Positions 15,044 to 24,192 are shown, counted from the first letter of the stretch. The stretch is DNA of 32,000 bases from Candidatus Thorarchaeota archaeon (GCA_003345555.1 PRDJ01000063.1:1-32000); one strand, 5' to 3'. A program made the numbers and translations. The notes: generated from the letters alone by a model not told the origin.

Positions 15044-16711
15044 CTAGTCAATATCTCCTGACTGCGCTACCTTTGCCGTAAGAGTCGCATTCTCTTCCAA
15101 GGCGTCTACGAGGGCGCTTCCCTGTCTTGTCTTAATCCGTATTGATGCCTCTCCATTTCGACCGGTTACCGTTGTGAGAAGGTACTGGTCGTTAGCAAAG
15201 ATGTCTAATCGCATCTTCACGTACTTCTTGCCAGCATACACCGTGACTTTCTTGTGCGAGTAGCTTACCGAAATTGGGACGCTTTCTCCCGGTGTCCCCC
15301 GTTCGAAGGTCTCTCGGCGTTCCCCCATAACAGGTCGGGTCTCACCGTGAACGGGAACCACGACTTTCTCTCCACCGAAAGTGAATATCTCGTATTCAAG
15401 CACTCCGCGCTCAAAGTCACGTACCTCAATGACAGGTCTCGCTAAGTCTCTTTGTGAGCTGCTCATTCCAGTTGGGAGCTTGACCTTTAAGGAGAGGGCA
15501 GCAACTTTCGCAACACGCCCTGCCTCTATATGTAAGACAGTATCCACAGTGCTTGGCAGCTGGCCCAATTCAACTCGGCCACCGAGTATCAACCGCTGTA
15601 TGGCATCAATGGCAGAGCCGGCATGCACTACTCCTACCATGCCGACACCTGCAGATCTCAGGTCGGAATACACCTGAAAGTCAGAGTTCTTTCGTAATTC
15701 GTCGTATACAACATAGTCTGGCCGTACCAGCAGTAGGATGTCTGCGGTCTTCTCCATGCTTCGATCAAGCGGAGCATACTGAACGATATCATCAGTTACT
15801 TGAAGGTCTCGAGGTTGCTCCAATGTCTTGACAACATTTCCCTTCTTACTATAGAACTCTGCAAGTGCAGCTGCAAACGTACTCTTTCCGGATCCGGGCG
15901 AGCCCGAAATGAGAATGCCTTCGGCACGGCTTTCTAGCCTGTTCATGAGTTTCGGGCTAAGGCCATAGTAATCGATGTCGAGCTTCGTGATGGGACGAAT
16001 CGCTGAGATTTCCATCTTGTCACTAAAAGGTGGACGCGCGATGGCGATACGGTAGTTTCTGAGTTGAACGACTGTCGCACCGAATTCCTCGATTTCTATG
16101 AATGAGGCTCTGTCCTGCCGTGCTCTCTCGAGTATTGTATTGGCTAGCTGATCCAGTTCCTCAAAAGCGAGAACATGGTCTGACAGGTCCACCAATTCCC
16201 AATCTCCGGGTTCTCCTCTCTTTGCCCGGGGAGGATTGTTCTCCACGAGATGGACACTCATGGTACGTTCATCGAAGAACTCCTCTAGGGTGACAATAGA
16301 ATCGGGGCGTTTCTTTGCAATTACAGTCACCTCGAGTCCCATGATACGACCCGCCGCCGCTTGGACACTGTCAGATGTCACTAGCGTCGCGCCAAGCTTT
16401 GATGCAGTATCACGAACCAAAGCATCCAATTCGCCCCTGTCTGCATCATGGACTTGGGCAATAGATGGTCTCTCGCCGGTGAATTCCAGCACGATGATAC
16501 CGTTATCGGCGAGAGATCTGAGTCGTTCAAGTTCATTGAGGCCTAGCTTTCCTACGTCCCTCTTCTGATTCGCCATGTGCTCGATTTCTGCCAGTACAAC
16601 GTTCGGGACGACTATTCGAAATCCTCTGTAGTCCCCGGATTCCACTTGGTGCGATACCCACCCGTCTATTACTACGCTAGTGTCAAGCACAATGACATTG
16701 TTCGTCATCAC
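15044..16711 (-). CDS. PINc/VapC-fused P-loop ATPase (PINA family)
   Basis: PIN domain (VLDTSVVIDG, GELDALVR, LVTSD), ATPase (GSPGSGKST, LEQPRDL, YDELR, GMVGVVHA), C-terminal beta domain. Confidence 0.92.
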   Translation of the reverse strand: MMTNNVIVLDTSVVIDGWVSHQVESGDYRGFRIVVPNVVLAEIEHMANQKRDVGKLGLNELERLRSLADNGIIVLEFTGERPSIAQVHDADRGELDALVRDTASKLGATLVTSDSVQAAAGRIMGLEVTVIAKKRPDSIVTLEEFFDERTMSVHLVENNPPRAKRGEPGDWELVDLSDHVLAFEELDQLANTILERARQDRASFIEIEEFGATVVQLRNYRIAIARPPFSDKMEISAIRPITKLDIDYYGLSPKLMNRLESRAEGILISGSPGSGKSTFAAALAEFYSKKGNVVKTLEQPRDLQVTDDIVQYAPLDRSMEKTADILLLVRPDYVVYDELRKNSDFQVYSDLRSAGVGMVGVVHAGSAIDAIQRLILGGRVELGQLPSTVDTVLHIEAGRVAKVAALSLKVKLPTGMSSSQRDLARPVIEVRDFERGVLEYEIFTFGGEKVVVPVHGETRPVMGERRETFERGTPGESVPISVSYSHKKVTVYAGKKYVKMRLDIFANDQYLLTTVTGRNGEASIRIKTRQGSALVDALEENATLTAKVAQSGDID

Positions 16712-17343
16712 TGTTCACCGGCCCGATTTCGTAAAGTCGCACGTGATACCTTATAGAAGTTCACTTCCCCGTTCTGGTCCACGAGGGCAAATACAAGCTT
16801 CTTACGTGCAGCAGAGGCTGCTTCAGTGACCATGTCCAAGTCTTGAAGCGATATCGGTTCTCCTTCTTTGAGGACATACACAAGCTGGCTGGCGGTTGCC
16901 GCACTGGGCCTGTCTCCTCTTGCATAAACCCTGAATCCGATTCCTCCACCGAAACCCTGACGCACTGCGTATCCCCTGCTTCTGAGGTCTCTGAATACCA
17001 GATAGCGGGTCCAGAGATCAGGATCTCCTTTCATAAGTTCATCCACTATCTGCCTTGCTTCAATCTGCTCTCCGGTAAGTGACCTTGTGAGGATCCTTTT
17101 CCTTTCAAGAAGATGAAGCATTTCGACAGGGTCGAGCTGCAGTCTGCCGTCATCTAGACGGGTTCCGTAGAAACCATCCTGTGATATCCTATCAGCCTCG
17201 GCACCAGAAACGTAGCCGTACCTATCGTAGAATATGGCTTCCGCTGGTTCCTCCTGAAGCTCTGTCAGCTCTTCTGCAATTTTCTCGTCATCAGGATTTC
17301 CTGTTTCCTCTGACTCTGGGTTCTCGCCATCTTTATCGGGCAA
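16708..17343 (-). CDS. endA: tRNA splicing endonuclease family subunit, probably non-catalytic (structural)
   Basis: LQLDPVEMLHLLE, YLVFRDLRSRGY, FRVYARG, RKKLVFALVDQNGEVNFY match the EndA fold; Tyr and His of the catalytic triad not found. TTG17343 preferred over ATG17406. Confidence 0.9.
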   Translation of the reverse strand: MPDKDGENPESEETGNPDDEKIAEELTELQEEPAEAIFYDRYGYVSGAEADRISQDGFYGTRLDDGRLQLDPVEMLHLLERKRILTRSLTGEQIEARQIVDELMKGDPDLWTRYLVFRDLRSRGYAVRQGFGGGIGFRVYARGDRPSAATASQLVYVLKEGEPISLQDLDMVTEAASAARKKLVFALVDQNGEVNFYKVSRATLRNRAGEQ

Positions 17344-17443
17344 CCAGTCTCGCCTGATAGAGCAGGACCTCAGCCGATTCGAGAAAAACCCTTCGTCGAG
17401 GTACATTGCGAGAATCTAGGCAAGTATTTGGACCAGTGAGCCT

Positions 17444-17974
17444 GTGATGAAAAGCATGCTGGAAGAAGGCCTCAGAAGGTTCATCTCTGGGGCCAAACGT
17501 GTGGCGGTTCTAGGGATAGGGAACGACCTGAGAAGTGACGATGGTTTAGGCCCGTTTATAGTTGCGGGGTTGAATCTACAGCATCCGGACCTGATTGTAG
17601 AGAACGTTGGATCCGTTCCAGAGGCCTTTGCACGCCCTTTGGCCGATTTCGGTGCTGAGCGCGTAATCATGGTCGATGCAGCTGACATGAGAAAGCCCGC
17701 AGCGCACATCGACCTGATAACAAAGGAGCGAATAGGCGGTATCACCATAAGTACACACAGCATGCCATTGTCTTTGCTCATGATGTACCTAGAGCAGGAG
17801 ACTGGGGGCAAGACCGTCCTTCTCGGTGTGCAACCGAAAAGCATCGTTTTTGGCGAAGGGCTGACTCCCGAAGTACGGCTTGCTGCTCAGAAAGTTATTA
17901 GAATCCTGAGAAGAGTTCTGCAACAGCACTTGGGAGACTCCAGAGATGTTTCGGACGATAGAGTGGCTAGATGA
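17444..17974 (+). CDS. hycI: Hydrogenase maturation endopeptidase, HycI-type
   Basis: VLGIGNDLRSDDGLG, VPE, VDAADM, STHSMPL, LLGVQP. Confidence 0.93.
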   Translation: MMKSMLEEGLRRFISGAKRVAVLGIGNDLRSDDGLGPFIVAGLNLQHPDLIVENVGSVPEAFARPLADFGAERVIMVDAADMRKPAAHIDLITKERIGGITISTHSMPLSLLMMYLEQETGGKTVLLGVQPKSIVFGEGLTPEVRLAAQKVIRILRRVLQQHLGDSRDVSDDRVAR

Positions 17975-19013
17975 TAACACAGTCCGCTACGTAGACCAGA
18001 CAAAGCTTCCTCTTGTAGTGGAGCACGTGACTACTAGGGAGCACGAACGAATAGCACACGCGATTCAGCTGATGGAAATCAGAGGCGCACCTGCAATTGG
18101 TGCAGCCGCAGCCATGGGAATGGCACTGGCAGCACTGGAGAGTCACGCGGCATCAAAACCAGAATTAGTGCAGTCCCTAAAGCATGCCGCTATGTCATTG
18201 AACGTGCGCCCCACTGCCGTGAACCTGACTTGGGCAACCACTCGCATGTTGCGGTTGGCAGACACTGCGAAAGGCAGCGTAAGCGACACAATCAAGGCCC
18301 TGATAGATGAAGCGAAAGAAATCGCCGAAGAGGACATACGAATGTGCAGAAGCATAGGGGAGAATGCGTTACCGCTCATTAAGTCTGGCTGGACGATACA
18401 AACCATCTGTAATGCAGGATCGTTGGCAACGGTTCTCCTTGGTACCGTGGGTGCTGTGATTCGAGTTGCAAATGAGAAGTACGGCAACATCAAGGTCTAT
18501 GCTGCTGAGACTCGCCCAAGACAACAAGGTGCAAGGCTAACAGTGTTTGAATTCATGCAGGACGGTATAGACACTACCTTGATTACTGATGGAATGATTG
18601 GCACAGTGTTTCGGCAAGGACGGGTGAACTGCTGTGTTGTGGGCGCAGACAGGATATTGAAGACCGGCCATGTGACAAACAAGATAGGCACGTACACAAT
18701 GGCGATCACTGCAAACTATCACAAGATACCGTTCTATGTGGCAGCTCCGAGTTCGACAGTTGACATGGACAGTAGAATCGAGGGCGTCAAGATTGAAGAG
18801 CGCGACCCTGACGAGGTTCGAATCATAAACGGGCAGTATGTGACTGTGCCGACTGCGAAGGTATACAACCCCGCATTTGACGTGACACCACCCGAACTCA
18901 TCTCTGCAATAATCACCGATAGAGGAGTTGTGCGCAGGCCCAACGAACAAAAGATGAAGAAGCTCTTCGGGGCGTTGGCGCCAACAAGCACAAATTCCAT
19001 TTCCTGCGAATAG
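17946..19013 (+). CDS. mtnA: S-methyl-5-thioribose-1-phosphate isomerase (eIF2B alpha/beta/delta family)
   Basis: DQTKLP, IRGAPAIG, RPTAVNL, TICNAGSLAT, ETRPRQQGARLT, VGADRI, NKIGTY, NPAFDVTP. Confidence 0.9.
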   Translation: MFRTIEWLDDNTVRYVDQTKLPLVVEHVTTREHERIAHAIQLMEIRGAPAIGAAAAMGMALAALESHAASKPELVQSLKHAAMSLNVRPTAVNLTWATTRMLRLADTAKGSVSDTIKALIDEAKEIAEEDIRMCRSIGENALPLIKSGWTIQTICNAGSLATVLLGTVGAVIRVANEKYGNIKVYAAETRPRQQGARLTVFEFMQDGIDTTLITDGMIGTVFRQGRVNCCVVGADRILKTGHVTNKIGTYTMAITANYHKIPFYVAAPSSTVDMDSRIEGVKIEERDPDEVRIINGQYVTVPTAKVYNPAFDVTPPELISAIITDRGVVRRPNEQKMKKLFGALAPTSTNSISCE

Positions 19014-19037
19014 CCGTGTGCATTCTGTGCTTTGTCG

Positions 19038-20174
19038 ATGACACAATCTTCTGAGGAGCGATGGTTGAGCACGACTCCGGACCGGATTTCATATCTCAGG
19101 GCTGATTCCACAGGATGGTTGCTCGAGCAGGACAACGCATCTGTTCGTTACTTCGCTCTAAGAGACCTTCTTGAATGTCCCCCCAAAGACCCAGAAGTCC
19201 TTGATGCCAAACTCAGAATTGGAGCATCCGAGCAAGTCACGAAGATATTCCTGAAGCAGAAACCGGACGGTCACTGGGAAAGGCCCGAAGAGCCGTATCA
19301 GCCCAAGTACAAGGCATCCTACTGGCAAGTTATGCTTCTGGGCATGCTGGGTCTTGACAAATCGGATGAGCGAGTCAGGAGTGCTATCAATCACATCTTT
19401 TCGTTTCAGCATGAAGAAGGTGGTTTTGCTCAGTACGGAGCGGAAGGAGCTCGTGCGGAATACGACTACGTCTCTCATAGGGCATCACGATATGGAAAGA
19501 CTATTCTTTCATTCAGGCCTTGGGCCGAGAAGGAACTCCATGACTCCCAGATGTCTTGCCTCACGGGGAATGTCTCTCTTGCTTTGATTCGGCTAGGGTA
19601 TTCCAGAGATGCCCGACTGCGCAAAGCATTGAATTGGCTGGTGAAGGTACAGAACCTCGACGGCGGCTGGTTGTGTCCGTACTGGGGGGCCCACATACAT
19701 GACAAGCATGGCTGTTTCATGGGCACCATCACTCCTCTTCATGCATTCGCTGAGTATCCCAAGAAGTACAGGACACCGGGTATGCAGAAGGCCATCGAAA
19801 CCGGTGTCGAATTCCTTCTAATGCACAGGCTGTTCAAGGCGGACAATCATGGCTTCAAGGTGATCAAACCGTCTTGGCTCACCCTCAGTTTTCCGCAGTT
19901 CTTCTATGACATATTGCGTGCCCTTCTGGTGGTGACTAGCCTGGGATACGCTGCTGACGAGCGAATAGATGACGCACTGAAAGAGATCCTTCACAGGCAG
20001 AATGAGAAAGGCAGATGGGCTGTCGAAGCTACCTTGGCCGGCAGACTGCAAACTACCTTGGAGAAGCAAGGCCGACCGAGCAAGTGGATTACCCTAGATG
20101 CTCTGAGAGTGATTAAGAACGTTGTCAAAGAGAGAGGTCAGTTGAACACCGGCGGAGGCGGTTCCGAACCGTGA
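19038..20174 (+). CDS. QW-repeat (terpene cyclase/prenyltransferase alpha-alpha barrel-like) protein of unknown function
   Basis: Repeats LKQKPDGHW, FQHEEGGF, KVQNLDGGW, HRQNEKGRW; C-terminal GRPSKWITLDAL. Confidence 0.75.
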   Translation: MTQSSEERWLSTTPDRISYLRADSTGWLLEQDNASVRYFALRDLLECPPKDPEVLDAKLRIGASEQVTKIFLKQKPDGHWERPEEPYQPKYKASYWQVMLLGMLGLDKSDERVRSAINHIFSFQHEEGGFAQYGAEGARAEYDYVSHRASRYGKTILSFRPWAEKELHDSQMSCLTGNVSLALIRLGYSRDARLRKALNWLVKVQNLDGGWLCPYWGAHIHDKHGCFMGTITPLHAFAEYPKKYRTPGMQKAIETGVEFLLMHRLFKADNHGFKVIKPSWLTLSFPQFFYDILRALLVVTSLGYAADERIDDALKEILHRQNEKGRWAVEATLAGRLQTTLEKQGRPSKWITLDALRVIKNVVKERGQLNTGGGGSEP

Positions 20175-20218
20175 CTTGTCAAAAACCCAAGGCGATGTTG
20201 AACGCCTGCTTGACCAAG

Positions 20219-20296
20219 TGGCGGGCACGGTCGGATTTGAACCGACGACATCCAACTCCGAAGGCTGGTGCCTTGTCCAAGCTAGACTACGTGCCC
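20219..20296 (-). tRNA. tRNA-Arg(TCG), intronless
   Basis: GGGCACG/CGTGCCC + GCCA; CCAGC-CT-TCG-GA-GTTGG; GTCGG-TTCAAAT-CCGAC. Confidence 0.97.
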
Positions 20297-20368
20297 CTTG
20301 ATGGCCCATGAAAACCGGCGCCTTAAGGACTTTTACTCCCGAACCTCTGAAGAGGCAGAGGTCGTCTC

Positions 20369-20602
20369 TCATTTCCTTGATCTCTTCCCCCAGATTCCTA
20401 AGAAATTATCGAGGGACCGATCGTAGGTCTTCTCGGCCTCGGGCGGGAAGAGACACCCGGGAAGTTCGTGATTCTTCCAGTGATACTGGAGGCAATCACA
20501 ACAGTAGCCCTTTCTAGGGCAGCCTGCGTACGTACAAGCACAGCGTTGCCTATTCCTTTCCGAATTACAGACTCTGTCCGTCATTCTCGTCTTGTCTGCC
20601 AC
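20369..20602 (-). CDS. Small Cys-rich protein, DUF6485-like
   Basis: CACTYAGCPRKGYCCDCLQYH...LPGCLFPPEAEKTYDRS pattern recognised from memory of the family; 8 Cys. Confidence 0.75.
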   Translation of the reverse strand: MADKTRMTDRVCNSERNRQRCACTYAGCPRKGYCCDCLQYHWKNHELPGCLFPPEAEKTYDRSLDNFLGIWGKRSRK

Positions 20603-20662
20603 TTGCCTTAACGATTAAACCTGTTTGGTCTGGGCGATACGCTAATAGACCAGAGGGCGTGA

Positions 20663-21460
20663 TTGTCTGGCACAATGGTCATCTTGAAGGGTCTGGGCAG
20701 TGACTTGACAGGGGTTGATGGCACCAAGCTTGATCCATCCCGTCTTACAACACTTGAGGATATCTTGAAACAGGCGTTCGGTGCCAGTACCAAAGCAACA
20801 GTCGTACGAAGATTCGAGAGCAAGAAGAACGTCGTTCTTCAACTCAGGATTGAGGGCAAGAGAAAGGCTGCTCAAACCAACATGGTTGCGAAGCTGTTTG
20901 TAACTGACCGTTTTGAGATAGAGCTGCAATTGCTCAATGCATGTCATGAGCGTGGGCCCGATGTACCAGAGGTTCTTGCTGGCAAAGAAGGCGTGATATT
21001 AATGTCATTCATATCTGGGGAGCTTCTAGTTGAAGCAATCAACCGGACCTTCGACTCCGGATTGATTGACACACTTGTTGCATGGTACTACGAATATCAC
21101 ACCCTACACAAGCTCACCAAAGGCGATCCTAAGCTGAAGAACTTCATCTACAATGATGGTGTGATTTTCGGTATAGACTTCGAAGAATCCCGACCCGGAG
21201 ACTGGATGTTAGATATCGGGGGTATTGCCGCCAGTCTGCTCGATACAACACCTGTTTTTGACAAGCGGAAGAGAATCTTAGCTTGGCATCTACTGGAGCA
21301 ATACTTGAGGCTTAGGAACGAGACCCGCAACCATGACATTGATCATACATTCCTTCAAACAGTATCAAGTGCGCTGAAAGAAACTGCTCACTGGCGCAAA
21401 GACAACAGCCTTCTTTTGCTCGCCGAGAGCGTCTCTCGCTTCGGAATTCCTATCGAGTGA
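20663..21460 (+). CDS. Protein kinase-like fold phosphotransferase
   Basis: VAK lysine, alpha-C Glu (FEIELQLL), VPEVL, catalytic loop GDPKLKNF, metal-binding IDFE, downstream DIG. Confidence 0.8.
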   Translation: MSGTMVILKGLGSDLTGVDGTKLDPSRLTTLEDILKQAFGASTKATVVRRFESKKNVVLQLRIEGKRKAAQTNMVAKLFVTDRFEIELQLLNACHERGPDVPEVLAGKEGVILMSFISGELLVEAINRTFDSGLIDTLVAWYYEYHTLHKLTKGDPKLKNFIYNDGVIFGIDFEESRPGDWMLDIGGIAASLLDTTPVFDKRKRILAWHLLEQYLRLRNETRNHDIDHTFLQTVSSALKETAHWRKDNSLLLLAESVSRFGIPIE

Positions 21461-21571
21461 GATATTGCCATTCCAAGGTCTTTGGCTGCCTTTCCCTAAT
21501 CTTCATATTACCATCTCCGTACTGATATGTTCACTCGAACATATCAGTAGGCTCACATGGAGACTCCTTGA

Positions 21572-23119
21572 ATGAATCGTGGAGCAGCTGTACTTGTGCT
21601 CTCGTTGGTACTAGTGGCCGCAGGCCTCGCAGTGGGTCTGTTTGTCTTTCAACCCATAAGAGAATCTCCAGCAATCTCGGTCCAAGGGGGATACCTAGTT
21701 GGTACGTCAAGTGATACTGCATTGGTTCGGGCTATGAGCCTAAGTCTAGACATCACGCTGCTTTGGGAATCTCAGTCAGGAGTCGGCTTGTTCAGAATCA
21801 ATGTGACCAACATAGATACCGAGAGAATGATTGCAGAATCGGATGCACAGGTCACCGTTGTTGCAGTCGGGTATAGCTCCAAGACTTTCGAAGTACGTAC
21901 GACCGCACTGAAGGCCGAGCTCAGTCTACGGCATACGTCCTCAGATTCCATTCGATTCTATGTCTTCGGCGATTCACAAGGCTATCAAGGCGGAATGCAG
22001 CAAATCGTATTATCTGCGAACGAGAACAGACCAGACTTTCTGTTCCACTGCGGAGACCTTACGCCCTTCGGTCAGGAGAACCAGTACGTTAGTTTCACGC
22101 AGGCTCTTCATAATCTGACAATACCTTTGTTCGCTACCACTGGAAATCACGACGTACGCAAGGGGGGCGACTTGCGATACCTTCAACACTTTGGTCCTTC
22201 CAGTTATTCGTTTGATTTTGGCGCTGCACACTTTACAGTTCTCGATACTTCCAGTGGCAATGTTTCGGAGGCGGCCTATAGTTGGCTAGCTAACGATATC
22301 ATCGGATCTTCTGCAGAATGGAAGATTGTATTCACTCACATTCCCCCGTTTGATCCACGCCCCGGAGGAAACCATACGTTAGGTAATACCACTACAGCCG
22401 AACGGTTGATGAATCTGTTCAAGACTTCGGGTGTAAACATAGTGTTTGCCGGCCACATTCATGTATTCAATGAAACCATCTTCGGTGGTGTGCATTATGT
22501 AATCACAGGGGGCGCCGGCGCGACCGTATCTCCGAGTTCACAAGGAGGAACGTACCACTATGTCAACGTCACATTACAAGGGTCAAATCTCCTGATGAAT
22601 GTCATACCGTTGAGTCCTCCAATTCTGGCCGTTGGCACAATTACAATTCGAGGGGTTTTAGATAGTATGACGGTCTCGCTTGAGGATTTGGGAACACTCA
22701 CAACTATCGTGGGTTCATCGTCATTCCAGAATCAGTATGGCAACTGGGGCGGACTAGGCGAATACAGAGGAGTCCGAGTATCAGACTTGGTCGACATGGT
22801 TGGTGGAATGACAACGAATGAATTACTGTCCGTGTCAGCGTTCGATGGTTACCAACGACTGTACTCCTACTGGAATGTCTATCCCAATGATTCTTGGCAT
22901 TCACTGCAGGGCGACATGATACTCGCATATGAGTTCAACGAGACATTGGGCCCAACTTGGCAAGACGGTCCGAGGATCGCAATGCTCGCACCCGACGGCG
23001 CTTACAGCAACGATGACTGTTTGGCTACTTCGGCTCCGGGGCTAGGCTTCTACTATTACCCGTCTGCGGGCGCGCTCTGGGTTAGGTGCGTAGTACTTAT
23101 TGAGGTGAATCACGAGTGA
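21572..23119 (+). CDS. Membrane-anchored calcineurin-like metallophosphoesterase fused to a C-terminal molybdopterin-oxidoreductase-like domain
   Basis: Signal anchor; motifs GDSQ, GDL, GNHD, THIPP, GHIH; C-terminal TVSLEDL...YRGVRVSDLV...AFDGY...MILAYEFN...GPRI...LWVRCVVLIEV; 9 N-x-S/T sequons. Confidence 0.85.
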   Translation: MNRGAAVLVLSLVLVAAGLAVGLFVFQPIRESPAISVQGGYLVGTSSDTALVRAMSLSLDITLLWESQSGVGLFRINVTNIDTERMIAESDAQVTVVAVGYSSKTFEVRTTALKAELSLRHTSSDSIRFYVFGDSQGYQGGMQQIVLSANENRPDFLFHCGDLTPFGQENQYVSFTQALHNLTIPLFATTGNHDVRKGGDLRYLQHFGPSSYSFDFGAAHFTVLDTSSGNVSEAAYSWLANDIIGSSAEWKIVFTHIPPFDPRPGGNHTLGNTTTAERLMNLFKTSGVNIVFAGHIHVFNETIFGGVHYVITGGAGATVSPSSQGGTYHYVNVTLQGSNLLMNVIPLSPPILAVGTITIRGVLDSMTVSLEDLGTLTTIVGSSSFQNQYGNWGGLGEYRGVRVSDLVDMVGGMTTNELLSVSAFDGYQRLYSYWNVYPNDSWHSLQGDMILAYEFNETLGPTWQDGPRIAMLAPDGAYSNDDCLATSAPGLGFYYYPSAGALWVRCVVLIEVNHE

Positions 23120-24180
23120 GTCTTGACCGTTCAACGGCACAAATGACCCGTGAAATCGTAACGGTCGCTGTTCTGGCCTCCCTCGGTGGCGCTCTAAGCA
23201 CCTTTGTAGGCTATCTAGGTAATCTCATAAATGCCGGCCTGGGTGTGCCATTTGGAGCAGGCCAGTTCATGGCTGGTCTCCATGTCTTCTGGATTGTGCT
23301 GATCAGACTATTGGTGCCGAAGAGGGGGGTCGGAACCGCAGGAGGTCTTCTGAAGGGCTTCGTTGAGTTCCTGACAGGCAGCACACACGGAATTGTCGTT
23401 GTGTTGGTATCCGTCATTCAGGGCGCTATTGTGGATCTGGGTGCTACCTTGGGGGGAAGACCATCCCCCGCAGGACCCGGGGCGAAGCTCGTGTGGTGGC
23501 TTTCAGCCGGTGTCTCTTCTGCTTCCAACGTGTTAGCGCTCCAATTCCTCTACTTCTCAGGCGCACCTGCAATCTACCTCTTCCTAATCGCAGTCCTCGC
23601 TTTCTGCTCTGGAATCATCTTTGGCGGCTATTTCGCATGGGAAACAATGCAGTTCCTATATGACGCAAGAGTCATAGTTCCCGTCTCTGAAGCGGCGGTG
23701 CCAGTTCTCTCATCTAAGCGGAGGATAAGGATTCGAAATCTCCCGGCCATAGTACTGATTCTTTTCCTAATTGTCGGCTCATCCTTCTATCTTGCGTTTG
23801 TGATGAAGGCTTTGTCAGACCCGTACTCTTGCGAAGTTACGGGGCTCGTCACAAATCCGTATACTTTCACATACTCAGCATTTGCTGGTGAGCAGGTTAC
23901 AATTGTGGCCGAACTCAAGGGCGCGTATATCTCTCTCCCTCCCGCGAATTACACTGGGGTTCTTCTGAGTGTAATTCTGGCGAATGCAAGTCCGCAGTCA
24001 GGAGCTTCCATGTTGAGCGTGAGCGCACGGGATGGCTACGTTGTAGATTTCGGCCTGGATGGCGTTCTCGCTGATGGCCATTTACTGCTGACAAGAGCTG
24101 ACGATGGTCTCTGGCTTATTGCCGGAAACTATGCCGGTTCGATGTGGGTAAAACAGGTCACTACTCTCAGAGTGTACTAG
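23116..24180 (+). CDS. ECF transporter S-component (YkoE-like) fused to a molybdopterin-oxidoreductase-like domain
   Basis: Multi-TM N-terminus (EIVTVAVLASLGG, KRGVGTAGGLLKGFVEFLTGSTHG, QGAIVDL); extra TM; C-terminal EVTGLVTNPYTFT...YTGVLLSVIL...ARDGY...WVKQVTTLRV. Confidence 0.8.
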   Translation: MSLDRSTAQMTREIVTVAVLASLGGALSTFVGYLGNLINAGLGVPFGAGQFMAGLHVFWIVLIRLLVPKRGVGTAGGLLKGFVEFLTGSTHGIVVVLVSVIQGAIVDLGATLGGRPSPAGPGAKLVWWLSAGVSSASNVLALQFLYFSGAPAIYLFLIAVLAFCSGIIFGGYFAWETMQFLYDARVIVPVSEAAVPVLSSKRRIRIRNLPAIVLILFLIVGSSFYLAFVMKALSDPYSCEVTGLVTNPYTFTYSAFAGEQVTIVAELKGAYISLPPANYTGVLLSVILANASPQSGASMLSVSARDGYVVDFGLDGVLADGHLLLTRADDGLWLIAGNYAGSMWVKQVTTLRVY

Positions 24181-24192
24181 GCGAGAACCACT

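Noticed and set aside
17444-17974. HycI without hydrogenase genes nearby
   Set aside because: Stand-alone maturation proteases are common in archaea.
18400-18430. TICN instead of THCN in MtnA
   Set aside because: TICNAG occurs in characterised MtnA such as B. subtilis; the catalytic Cys and Asp are retained.
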